From contig NC_087436.1 in assembly GCF_036321535.1 (NCBI RefSeq), forward strand, positions 55,926,001 through 55,990,000: a DNA stretch of 64,000 nucleotides, in the 5' to 3' direction. The translations under genes and the position numbers were made by a program. Below the pieces are notes generated by a model. That model saw only the letters and a list, made by a program, of their open reading frames with translations. It had not been told where the DNA came from and did not search any database. Shown one piece after another: positions 37,323 to 50,569 of the stretch (the stretch's first letter is position 1; every line of letters starts with the position of its first letter). The stretch comes from Camelus dromedarius. Its lineage: Eukaryota.

Positions 37323-37747
37323 TGTCAGCTGAGGGAGGCTGATGTGGGGTTCTAGGAGATGCGGCCCAAACGAAACAATGCACGAGGAGTTGCCATACTG
37401 CTGGACAGACTTCAGCCAGAGACACCATGGGGTTAACAACACTTTTTTGCACAGGAAGGTGTGTGCCTATGATGCACCTGTCCTGCTTTTATCTGTTTTC
37501 TGTCAGCACATGCGCGGTCTGAGTTTCTTTGTTCATTAGGCTTACAGAGTATCTCTAGCACATGCGTACTTCTATTTTCTTTGTTCTAAATCTTATATAA
37601 TTGATGCACGCGTGGAGCAATTATTTACTGCATACCACAAACACACTCTGTAGTCGTGGCCTTGGGTCCCACAGCCTTAACTTATCTCAAGGCTCTGGCT
37701 GTGGCCTTGGATGCCATGGCCTTAACTCATCTCAAGGCCAGCTCACA
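37323..37747 (-). repeat. 5' LTR (425 bp)
   Basis: Begins TGTGAGC and ends CTGACA on the minus strand, followed by CC and the PBS. TATA-like TATATAA at about 37593-37599. The polyA-signal position reads AAAAAA (37443-37448). Confidence 0.96.
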
Positions 37748-39705
37748 AGTATGTTTTCCAATTCATTATATTTTTAAAAGACTGCAAAAGTATATGGCAT
37801 AAAGAACTGAGAAACCTATCACTCCTTAGTTCAAAGTTTCTTGTCTGATGATCCTACCTGAGGTAAGCTTTTCTAAGGTGAAGATGTGCTTCAGCTCTGG
37901 GTAACTTGTAACTAATACTGAACACAAAATCCCAGGAAGTAATGTGGCTTTTACAATCCATCAAAAAGAAAAAGCTGGATGCTTGCACTAAAATAGTCAA
38001 TGCTTATGATACAATTCACTCTGAACATCTAGAAAGAAAGGGAGGGAAAGTGGGAAGAAGGGAAGAAAGAAGGAAAGAAGAGAGGGACAGGAGAAAGAAA
38101 TTAATCTTGATTTGGAGTTCCATGTAATGGGATTATGATATTGTAAAGTAAATGTACAGAGTAATTAAGACTTTGGCAATTTGATTTTTTTGCAGAGCTA
38201 GGTGACATTTAAAAGCTTACATGTAAATTGTTACATGTAAATTTTCTGGATGGGAGTTTTTATGTTCTATCTCTGAACACATTTTTCCCCAGAAATTCTA
38301 ATATGACTTCAATTTTGTCCTCTAAGAGCCTCTAAGCAACTGAAGTTAGGTGAAAGTTTTGTTAGGAAAACCTCAATAGCTCAGATACCTTCATTACTCA
38401 CCTGGAAATATTAGCTTAATTTTGCATAAAACAGAGTTTGGACTAGGATTAGCTTAGCCTAGTAAGATTTGATGCTTTAGATATTGGTAGGAAAACTTGG
38501 GATTTTTCTTTTTTTTAAGTCTATAGTCAAACTATAGTCCTTTGTACTATTCAGAAGAAAAGGGCAAAGACACAGACATAAAAATTAAAATGATATTACA
38601 AGGGAAAGAAAGGAAGGGAGTGGTTCCATAGTGATGCTAAAAGATACAAGGTTTTCAAAATAGAGAAATAAGCATTCCTAAAATTACTTTTGGAAAAAGG
38701 AGAAAGGACAACCCTAATGCATTCAATAGAATAACACAAGTGTATAAAGTAGGGGCTCTTTTGTCAGTACCAGGCCTTATGTCCTTACAGTTGGGAACCA
38801 GGTTGGGGATTTATTTTTCTTTTCAGACAGCTGGAATTTGACTCTGATAAGGCAGATAGAAATGATCATGAGAATCAGCACTCTTCTCAGGGCACTTTCC
38901 AAATGTATAACTGAAGCAGGAATGGAGGAACAAGAAAAAGCAGAAAAGCATTTTCACCGCACTATTACCATGAAGGCTCTACTCATATATTCTATTTGTA
39001 AATCATGTTTCATGTAATCTTCAAAAAGCCAATCATAAAATGACTAATACACAAGAGATGGTCTCTTACAGCTTAAGTAGATGATACCTAAAACTCTGGA
39101 CAGCACTATAATTTAAACACATGGATTGGGGAGCAGCTTCTAGCATTAGAATGTTAAATTTAGCAGGATGTTTAATATATGCATGATGCCTTAATCAACC
39201 AATCATACTGAAACAATACTAAAGAAGAAACTGCAGAACTTGTAAGCATCAACTAAAGTGTATCACATTAAGGAATTTCCTTTTCTCTTCTTCCTGTATA
39301 CCAACACATTCAAACAGTTCTGGGTGGTCTCACCCAGTGGCCAATATGTTATGTCTATAGAGGGCAGCTATACCCAGATCTTGTTTCACCTACACTGTTA
39401 TTTCCTTACTTGCACCATCCTCCATTAAAGTGAACTAGGTCTTCAAGGAAGGTGTTTGAAAAGAGATTTGGAGGTAGTAAAAGAGGAAGAAAGGGGCAGA
39501 AAATTCCGGTTGCTCTCATACATATGAAAAAATAATAGAAAACCAAGAATCCAGGATATAGTAACTCCCCTGACAGGACATGATATATAGAGGATTTAAA
39601 ATAAACAGCACAGTAATTATAATTCTGTAATAAATAGAAATTGTTACATAATTATTTTTGAAATTATTTGGAATATGTTGAGTCTACCAGAAGAGATATG
39701 TGCAT

Positions 39706-39727
39706 ACACACACACACACACACACAG
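39706..39727. repeat. (CA)n microsatellite
   Basis: Read directly. Confidence 0.9.
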
Positions 39728-41994
39728 TATGTATGGAAATTTAGTATATACATAATTTTCAATGTTTTTATTCAAAAGTTTATATATACTAATCAAAACA
39801 AACTGTTCATTTATTCAACAAATGTTATTGCTTTCCTGCTAAATACCAGGCACTGTTCTACTGGTGATATAACAATATACAGTCATAAAATCCTTCCCTC
39901 ATCAAACTAACATTCCATTATAGATTTTATTTTCTGGTTTTGGTCAACACTCATCCTACAAGTCAAAATTCGTAAATAGAAGTAGAAGGGAAATAAAATT
40001 GAGTGTCTTCAAAATCATATAGTTGTAAGTATAGTCTACTCATTTTAAGTTAGGGAACAAAAGTGCATAAATATTAGGATATAGAAGAATCATTTAATAT
40101 TGAAGCCAGTTAATTTCAGTTTCTGATAAAATTCAGCATGGTTCCAAGCAGTAGTAATTTGCAGATCACTGGCCATATCCGTCTTAAGAGTTCTAGGGAG
40201 AATAGCCCCAGTAAAGCTAATCAGAAAGCTGTGTGTTTTTAAGAGTTGATTTTGGCTCTATCTACAAGTTGACCTCTAATACCCTGAGTGATTCTCTACT
40301 AACATAACCACAGCTGTCAGCCTTTAAGACCAATTCACTTAACATTATGTATATGAAAAGACAACCATCAAAAGAAGTCTAATTCTACAACCAAAATACA
40401 AACTGGATCTCTCTTTAGGAAACTAATTAAAATTTAACCAAAATTAATTTGGGGTTATTGAACAGAAAGGACCCGAGGATTCCACTCAGCTGTCTATCTG
40501 CCTTGGTTACTACTATAAGCAAATGTGGACTTAATGATAACCATTTGGGGATTGCATGATATTAAAAGAGGAGGCAATAAAACATGGATTTTATGACAGT
40601 CTTTTTGATTCTCAAGTAGGGATCAATCAGGTCCTGACCACAAATGTGAATCCCAAAAAGTCATTCCATGAGGCTTTCTGCATTATATTTTCTGCGTCTC
40701 ATCCTTGTTGCCACCTGTTTACCTTTTTATGTGGAAGGCCACCAGGGAGTGGAGATGGGAGAGCCTGGGACTTCTCAAAGGTTAAAGGCTTAGATAACTC
40801 ATTTACATGAATATATGAAACCTCTAGACTCTCCAAACTTAAGCCTCATGAGGCATTTGTTTTCTGCTTGTGAATATAAAATAATGACAACAGCAAAGTC
40901 AATAACACCAAAGCCACAGAATTTAAGAGAGTATGACAGGTCTCTCTGACTGAAATATATTAAGATATCCCAGCTAAATACAAATCCTATTTTCAATGAT
41001 ATACATATAGAGAGGCTACTTTTCATAATATGCAGATCTTATCTTTAATACCTCTCTTTTAATTTTTCTCATTCTACTATCACTAGAGATAAGCTGATCT
41101 CCATATTTTATATGTATATAAATATATATATAATTATATATGCATAATTTATATACACACATGCAAAACTTGTGTATGAAAATTATTGCCACTCTTGAGC
41201 CTTATCTTTCCCACGTCAAATAAATTCATTGTCTCTTACAATCTTTTAATCATTTTTATCCCTCATATTTTGTCAACAGGTTAATTCACCAAAATTTGTA
41301 TTTGGAAATACTTAATTCTGATATAAAATTTTTTCAGAGAGAAATGTGTTTCATATTTGAGTTAAAATTTGCCCTAGCTTAATGTTATAAAAACTGTATC
41401 TGCTCCATTTCACCTTAATTTTTCTACCTTTTAAATTTTCTTTAATATTGCTAGCACTTCTACTCAGACTGAAAACTTCCAAGTTTTTAAATGGTGCCTT
41501 GCATCTAATCCTCCCTTCTTTCCTTTCCATTTGCCCCAAACTTCAATCTGTATCTCATTAACTAAATCTTATGTAAAATCTTCCCTCTAAATTCCTTCCC
41601 AAGCTTCATCCTGACCCCAGTTTTTGGACTTCCATAATGTGATTTACATTCTTGCTCATCCTCTTGTCTGCACAATTCTCTGTGATTGCTTATCTCTGAG
41701 GTGGGATTTAGTTGTTTAATCCAACCTGCTTATCCTTTTCTGCAACAAAACTCCTAGTCAATCCCTGCATGGTTTACATCTCAAAGACAGCTTTCAGATC
41801 CTCTGATTCTTAGGAATTAAGCAGGAAACATTTGGGCTTGACCCTCAGCTGACATAACAAAGTAGCACCAGTCTCAGCTCCTTAATGTTAAGCCTGCTCC
41901 ACAGTGTACTCCTCCAGTGGTTACATCCTCCCAAGCCCCAGTGCAGTGAGTGCTAAGTGCCTCTCTGGTTGCTCAAGTCCTAGAACCGGCTCGC

Positions 41995-42210
41995 CTGCTT
42001 TGGAAATCTTGGATTTAGAATCCCGGATCTGGCTCACTAGATGCGTGACCCTAGGCAAAGCAATCAGCAATTCTGTGCCTTAGTTTCCTTACAGGTAAAA
42101 AGGAAATAAGAATAGCGCCTCCCTTGCATGAGGCTGCTGTGAGATCTGAGTTAGCACAAAGTTCTTAGGACAATGTCTGGCTTTTGAAGGCACTAAACAA
42201 ATATTAGCTT
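41995..42210 (+). mobile_element. MIR SINE remnant
   Basis: GAATCCCGG..GTGACCCTAGGCAA..CTGTGCCTTAGTTTCCTT..GTAAAA..GTTCTTAGGACAATGTCTGGC. Confidence 0.7.
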
Positions 42211-42443
42211 TTTTTTTTGAAGGATAGATGAGTTAAAAACACCTCAGTGTTCTATTTTAGTTGAGCCCTCCAGTTCCTCTTTAGAGCGCCCTCATGCTTC
42301 TCCTTTCACTCTCATACCCTTAAACTCAATTGCCACTTGTCAACTTAACATATTGTAACACACCTGCTCCTAGGAATCTTTCTGTGTATACCAGTCTCCC
42401 TCTTAAAACTTTGTTATTGTCAGTCCTTATTTAGAGATGTATA

Positions 42444-42447
<4 letters not shown>

Positions 42448-42478
<31 letters not shown>
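42448..42478. repeat. (TG)n microsatellite
   Basis: Read directly. Confidence 0.9.
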
Positions 42479-42484
<6 letters not shown>

Positions 42485-45400
42485 CTCATTTCATAATTTT
42501 TAACATGCATTGTAACTGTCCTAAAATCATTTTATATTTTGGTCTTTTGTCTCCTCGGTTAGATTTTAAACTATCTGTTCATTTTTCCTACATAGTGCAG
42601 GACTCTGTCCCTAACAATAGTATAATAATCCATTTTTAAAACTCTTCTTTGCTATGTGTCAGATACTATCACATGGAAGATCACAATCTCTATGATGGCC
42701 TGTGAGGTGAATAATTACCTCTGCGTTGATGAGTAAACTGAAACACAGAGACAGTAAGTAATTTGCTCAAGCAGGATTTATATCTGAGATTCTGATGCCC
42801 TTAATCATTTCTTCTCCTACAGAGAGTTCACCTAAGGTACTTAGAAAGCACTCCTAGACTAAATGAGTAACTAATCTGAATGCTGTCATGAAGTAACATG
42901 ATTTTCTCTTGGACGAAGTCTGGAGAATTAAATTTTAAAGGTTTATATACTGGCAGGAGTATAAGTTTTAGAGTCTGAATGACTTAAGGTTAATTCCTGG
43001 CTCTTGTACTTTCTGATGCCTAAGCTTAAGAAAGTAATCTAATGTCAGCAAGTCTCAGTTTCTTAATTTATAAAATAGGATACTATTAACCTCATAGTGT
43101 TTTTTAGGGAATAAATGAACTGTTTTAAAGCACATGGCATGGTGCTTGGCTGTTTAAGAAGGCACAAGGCATATGTGATTAAAAAGTCCATGAGAGACTT
43201 AAAGGTGGATTGATGTTTGAAATGAATACAAAAACATAAATAAGAAGCACCTGGAGTGGCAGAGCGGTAGAGTGTGGGAGGTACCATAATCAGGGGTGTT
43301 GGAGGCGTAGAGGATTGCAGAGAATTTAACAAAATGGTCTCTACCTCAAAAACCCAGTTTGGCTTCTGTATTTAAAAATATTAGTATTAAAAAGCATTAA
43401 CATAATTTATCATTTATTTAAATATTCTCAAGGAAACCTAATGATTCATCATATAATTTAGGTTCCATAGAGTTATCACAGAAATACTCTTGTTTGGTTT
43501 ATCTCAGTTATTTATATGTTCTTCCTCTCAGTATACACAAATCAAATCACTCATCTCCAAGAGGCAACCGTTTCACAACTCGAACCAGTATATCTCCTCC
43601 CACTTCCCAAAAGTACAGATTATTGAGTTTTGATTTCAATATAGTGGATCATACTGAAGAAAAGAGACCAAATAACAAATTAAAAGTAATGGGCAAGCAA
43701 AGAAATTCTGAGCTCCTAACCAAATATAAACTTACTTTTGGATATTTTCCTATGACATTTTTCTTACCAAATTCATTCTAATGTTATGAGTCACTAATGT
43801 GGTAAAACACTAGAAAAACAAATTTCAAAATCATGTAATCTCATAATCTTTCTCTGCCAGACTCACATTTAGTTTCTTAGTTGTTTCTACACACAATATA
43901 CACTGGAAAAGGGGTGACATAATTAGATAATCCAAAAAAACCCCAAAAAAGCATCATTCCAGTGCCTTCCTCTGCACTGAGGTGAGTGAATTTTTGCATG
44001 TTTGCAATAAAAAGTACTTTATATATTAATGAAGATCAGAATAAACTGACTGATACAGATAACTTTTAACATTTTATTTCAATCAATAGCAAGATTATTA
44101 AATACCTTTCACAACATAGAACTTGGGCCTCATGGCCTTGTGTCATTAGTTTCTGCATCTTCACTTTTGCAAGAGTCCTGAGCATTTCCAAATAGAAAAA
44201 GAAATTACTTTTGGTAAGTGCAATATGCTGCTCAGAAAAGCATGTTTGATACAAGTTGTTGGTCATCTAAAATTACATATAAAATCTTGCTCTTATCAAA
44301 ATATTAATACTGCTTCACCAAACAAACATGGATTTATTACCCATGAAGGGAAATTTCTTTTTTTTTTCAGCCCAAAGTAGCAACACCGCTATTCTTAAAG
44401 ATTGTGCTAAAATTGTAATATAATATTCTTATCTCCTTTCATCACAGTGCAATGTATTTTTTCATCTGGTTAAGGCTGATAGGAATATTATAGCTGTTTT
44501 GTAATATTCAGGAAAAGGTATTTTGATAGCTTTCAATATTCTAAAAGTATAGCAGGGATGTAAAATACAGTTAAAGTAAATATGTACAAATAAAAGTTGT
44601 AGAAAATCAAGCTGAATATATATTGATCCCAGATCTTATGTTAGAAAGATTATTTTTAATTTAATGTAGGGATGCTGAAAAACCTAATTTTCTGATATCT
44701 ACTTTCCTGTAATTTTTCTTATTAAAAATTCAGTATGGATAACAATCTAATCGAGTGTATTTTCATTGAATGCATTTGTGTGTATATATGTGTGTATATA
44801 TATATGTATGTATTTCACAGATGTCATATACATATTAGTACAGTGCCTGACATATAGGAATGGCTTAATCATTTTAAATAATTAAATTTAGTTCTTTAGG
44901 ATGTGTGGAGGGGCATCTAAAAATGTGTGTTTATATAAAATAAAATCTTTGATTACACAGTGAAATTGGGTCATTCTTAAAAGTCCTAAAAATTCTACTT
45001 GGTTGACAGCACATATTTTTCAACGTTATTTAAAGTTGAAATATTGGGGACAAAAGTTTTATGCAGCTCAAATATCTAGAGAAACCTATAAAGTGAAGCC
45101 TAAGTAATGAAATACAGCCTAATGGATATTTTTATATAAAGAATGAAGCAATATATGTTTTTTAATCATAATATTTTTTGCTTTTATTTTTTGCATCGCT
45201 TGCTAACCTACTTCATGCATATACTAGATAAACAGACAATCCATAAAATTGTGACTAGAGAGACTTTATAAAGCCCAATATTCAGATGATAGATGTTTTA
45301 CTCTTTATCTAGGCATTTTGGTATTATTTAAACATGAATTTAATGGCCAAGGCAAATAAAATGTGCATTTATCTAGCATATGGTTTCCTCTCACATTTTA

Positions 45401-48400
45401 ATGCTCTTTGGACACTCACCTATCTTAACCCCTATAAGAAAATACTACTAGTAGTCAGATTTCTTAACTTATACTACCTTTCAACCCATAAATCTCCCTT
45501 ATTACCACCACTTCGTTGCCTTATCCTAAACCACATATTGTCCTGTGACCTAGTTTATGAAAGGCTGAAAATTGTCAGGAATGAACTATCTCAGATCAAT
45601 ATGTTTCCTATTTCCTAAAGCCATCTTCTTTAAGTCTTTAATTCTCCTCTCTCTCTCTCTCTTTTTTTTTTTTTTGTGAAATCAATGAAGATATTTCATT
45701 TAATTGACACTTTTTTGTGGTCAGTGACTCTTCTGAAAAATACTCCTCTATTATTTGGCACAGTTTTTTGAAATTTTATTTCCATTTTAAGTCATATTTT
45801 TATTGGCCCTTTTTCTTTTCATGGAACAACTAGGAACAAAAATCATACAATTTGATATATTGGTTCACAGGAGATTTAATTTTCTCTGGGTCTCTGCTTT
45901 TACATTTGGTTAAGGTTTAAGAGCTCAAAGTATTATTCCTGACAACATGTTAAATGTTTGAGGTATGGCTGTATAATGAAATAAAGCAATAAATGTCTTA
46001 TGTCCATATTGATTTTGTAGATGAATCTGCTTTGAAAAATCTGGCACCCAGTAGTCCAATATCATTTAACTGGTAACCTTTTACTTTTTAAAAAGAGTGT
46101 GGCACATCCATACCCAGGTATAATCCCCAGCAGACTCTTAGTGATATGAGGAGAATTGATTCTCATCCTCTCATACTATAAGGTCATTCCAAGGAATCAG
46201 GCTCTCAAGAGCTGCATTTCCAGTAAAGCTAGGCATTGTCGACAAGCTGAGACACGATCGGATGTTTTCTACAATATCTCGTATTATGTTCAAGAAGAAA
46301 ATGTTCCTTGAGAATTAAGGAATTACTGTGGCATGTGGCTGTGAGACATGTGACAAATAGGAAGCAAGAGTTTATGCCGTAATATTAGACTTATTCAAGT
46401 TAAGTATGGTATTCTGATATCCCTTAGAGATGTGGATAAAATTGATGGAACCAGTGAAAGGATTCTCTGTTCAATGAAAGTAACTGAAGGACCAAGAAAA
46501 TGTGGAGAATCAAAGAAGGTGTTTATCATGCACCATAGATGCTTCAGGACTAGTGTAAAAGTGTGATAGGAGAGATAGACTGTGAAGGGAATGAGCAAGT
46601 CAAGGAAGATGGGGAACTGTATCTTTCAAGGTCCCCTTTATTTCCAAATCCCTGTACTTTCCTGGCCCATATCCTTAGCAGCTGTTAAAGTGAGGAGATT
46701 TCCAAAAAGTGCCTTAGACTTGTCCAATTCTCAAAGCAGATGTTCAAATATTTTTATAAGGCTTCCACTTGCCTGGGATTCAACAGAAAAGAAAGAAGGA
46801 AGGGAATGAGGGAGGGAGAAAGGAAGGAAGAAAGAGCAAACTGAGGAACAAACTGGTCTTTAGTGAGAAATTTTGATGAAAAAATTAAAACCACCAACTA
46901 TTCTATGTGGTGGTTTTGCTGTGGATCCACCACCTTTTTACTTCTGTCTTCTCTTGGTCACTTTTCCTATCAAGATGAAGTTTTCCAAAAAATAAAAATG
47001 ACAAAAAACAGCAGCATATTCTTTTTAAGTATTTCCCTTTATCTATTCCTACAACTGAGGACACATAAGTGATTTTAAGTTCATCTTTAGAGTATTTTTT
47101 ATTTTTTATTACTTGCTTTTCCCTACAGAGCTGATGGTAGAAATTGGGAGAATTATAACTCTTCTATTTGAGTTGTATGATCAATTTGGTAAGACTCTGC
47201 TTTCATCATCCTGATTCAGTTATTCATATCCATATCACTGTCATCCATTCATATCCATTCAGAATGCTTCTATTTTCAGAGTCGTATCTTTCTTTACTGT
47301 GTTCATTTTCTTATTAGGGCTTTTATTCATATATTCAAAACAAAGTTCTGCAGGGTTGAAGGGCTTATTTATTGTATGCCCACACTTGTCCAGCTCCTGG
47401 GGCTTCAGCATTTAGCCAAATACCCTCACCCTCAGATATTTATAAGACTGATCCAATGGAACAGAGTAATTCAAGACATTAATATTCAATTTATACAAAA
47501 TCTTTTCAATAACTCACCTAAATCATTAGGCAGTTAATCACATGTACTGTGCTCTGTTTAAAGAACCATAAGTAAGCAATTCAGAAAAATAATCCTAAGC
47601 CATTATTCTGAAATATGAAGAAAATGATTTTTATAAACTTCTAAACTTTGCCTTTAATACAAATAAATTTTTGTTCGTTTGTTTTTCATTTTTCAAAACT
47701 TGGTAAAATGTCTGTAATGTTAATTGGGCCATTTATCAGTTGTCAGGCGTGTTAGTTTTTTCAAATTTAAATTCTGTTCTCAGCATTCATTTTTCATATC
47801 ATTTAATATTACAGAGTGCACCCTTTTAAACTGTGTGCCCTACATACAAAACCATCTAGCATAAATAATACCTGAAACCTGGAGTAATGCTAAATTCTTC
47901 AACTAATAGATGGAGCCCTATGAAAGCAATATGCAGGCCAATGAATACAAGTTTGTTTTGACCAATCCTGAATCAAATAACTTTTAGGGTACAAACATAT
48001 CAGCAGTGCAAATAGATAATAACTTTTAAATTAGTATGTCCCCTTGGCCTAACTTTTATTGGATTAAGTGGCATTTAAGAAAAAATAAATATATTCTATA
48101 TCCCTTTTACACTATTTCACAACTGCTAACAGATTTTAAACTATCAAGTGACCCAAGGAAAAGTATTACAACTATGAAAGACTCAAAAGCAATTTGGTAA
48201 AATGTTATTTGAAGTCTCTGAGGCTGCTAAAGGCCAAACACGTGGAAGTTTATTTTCCATTTTTACTGACTGTAGTTTTATCCAGACCAATGGTCCTTTC
48301 ATTTCATGGTATTTTCTCAATCCATTGCTCTAAGTTCTCAGCTCTCACCACAATCAGGATGACGGAAAAAAGCAGAGCTACAATTACTGCTGCGAGATCC

Positions 48401-49599
48401 TATTTGCGGTGGCCTAGATTGACACCACCGCAACTTGCGAAGCTGCTATAAATGCATTAGGATGCCTTTGACCTTTTCCTCATCTCAGTGAGCTACAAAG
48501 GAGAAACTTCCACTGAACTGTTATTTTTCTAAGATCCATAACTTGTAAAGCCTTCACACTGAGATACCCTGATCATAAGAGAATACAGCCACAATCTAGT
48601 GTCTCCAGAAGTTTCCTGGAGAGTCCAGGTTGCTGCTTCTGTATTTCTTTTCTTTTTCTTTTTTCTTTTTTCTTTTTTTTTTTTGAGTAGTACAAGACAC
48701 TGCTTAGCAGTTTTTTCTTACCAAAAGTCACAGTCTAGTGAATTTTATCTGATTTAACATAAATTCATGGCTGCACTGCTTTTATCTTGCTGAATAAGGA
48801 AGTATATTGAAAATAATTGGGGTGAAGAAAAGTTTCCTTGTTTTCTTCTTTTATGATCACTTTTTTACTATACTTTATTGTACTTTGTGGATATACTGCC
48901 TCATATTGTTTCATTTATGTTGTCTCTCTAGGTGAACTATAAATTCCTCAAACCAATGAAAAGTTTTCCTAATTTGTAAAACCTCCTTTCACGTTCAACA
49001 CTTAACAAAATGTGATGAATAAAGGCTTTCTGAAATAAGTAGTTAATTAATTAATGACCACTTGCTTCAAAAGAAGTAAAATTTATAATAATCTATAAAA
49101 GTTAAATTTCCCAAATAGTAAGAATAATTTTGAATAAATCCATTAATACTTTCAATTTGAAATATTAGTTTACATCCTTCTGTGGAGGATAGTATATAAT
49201 CTACTTACATGGTCATACATAACATACATATGCATTATATGTATTAATATATGTAAATGTGCATGTACAAATATACATGTATATTTTAGTGTACTATCAA
49301 CTAAATTATGAAATCATAAGGCATGAAATGAGCCAAGTTCTGTATAAATTGTAAGTGTAGGGTAGTGTGTCTTTTTGTCAAAGGACCATTTTTTATATAG
49401 TCTTCTCTTTAATCTTACATTTCTAAGAATTATTAGAAAACTTAACATTGAAAAATCTGAATACAGTTGCATAGCCAATAAAATTAATGATTTGATTCGA
49501 GCATTTAAATAATGGTTTAACTTTCTAAGTACAGTGTAAACTAGCAGGAATCTTTGTTTATTCTCCCTCGAGGGCAAGTCTCTTTGACCTGTTTTGTTT

Positions 49600-50400
49600 G
49601 TTCTTGTAATCCAAACAATTAGAATAATGCTTGGTCCATACTAGAAGCTCAGTAAATATTTGTTGAGCACATGACTAAATGACTTATGCTTGTGTACAAG
49701 AAGGCAAAATGTGTGTTTGTATTGATGGAGTTATCTAGATGAAGGGAGAATGGATGAAAAGCTTAGCAGAAAGAGAACAGCATGTGCAAAGGCCCTCTTG
49801 CAGAAGATAATGAGTAATTATCCAGTGCTTAAAATCCTCAGGGTAGCTGGAATATAGAAAATAGGGAAAGTGATTTGAGATAGCCTTGGAGATAGAAATG
49901 GATTATATTATTAAAATCTTTTCAAGCCATGTTAAGAATGGTGGTCTTTATCTTTAGACCAATCAGAGGCATTACAAGATTTCAGGAAGGATGGAGTCAT
50001 GATCTGATTTGCATTGGGAAGAAATTATAGTTGTGGAACTGAGAAAGTTTTAGAGGGCAGCATGAGTGGAAACAGGGAGTCCAGTCAGTAAGCTATGTGG
50101 TACTCCAGGTTAGAGATGATGTGGGCTGCACTAGATTGTAATGGTAAAATGGAAATAAGCTTATAGTGTTTGACATAAGGTCACAAAGTTCTGTGCACTT
50201 TCTCCATACTGTTTACCAAATATTATAATTGCCCCTTTGTTTATATGACTATTCAGTAATGTCTGCCTCTACTCATCTCCAACCTCTGCAAGGCTGACTC
50301 TATGTCTAGTCTGGTTGTCCACTCTATGCTGGCACTTAACACCATACCTGGCACCTGGTATCTATTCCATAAATATTTGTTGATTGAATGAATGAAAGTG
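49600..50400. mobile_element. L2 remnants
   Basis: GCTCAGTAAATATTTGTTGA, AGAGAACAGCATGTGCAAAGGCCCT and CCTGGCAC...AAATATTTGTTGATTGAATGAATG are L2 3'-end motifs. Confidence 0.65.
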
Positions 50401-50569
50401 CATTCAAAATAAAAACTGTCTTGTCACCATAGATAAAAGTAAAGAGAGATTTGCTAAATAATCTGTGTGTGAAACATTGAGTTTTAGAATTTTAAAAGAA
50501 ATTTCAAAGTACTGTAAAAACCTTAAAATATATAGGAATCCTAGAGTTTAGTATGTTTTATACTGTTTC

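Larger units (their letters stand above)
30928..37747 (-). mobile_element. Full-length endogenous retrovirus, class III (ERV-S / HERV-S-like), LTR-gag-pro-pol-env-LTR
   Basis: Two TG...CA-bounded direct repeats. 5-bp TSD AGTAT at 30923-30927 and 37748-37752. tRNA-Ser PBS, PPT, and gag, protease, RT, RNase H, integrase and env motifs in retroviral order on the minus strand. GC content is clearly higher than in the flanks. Confidence 0.96.
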
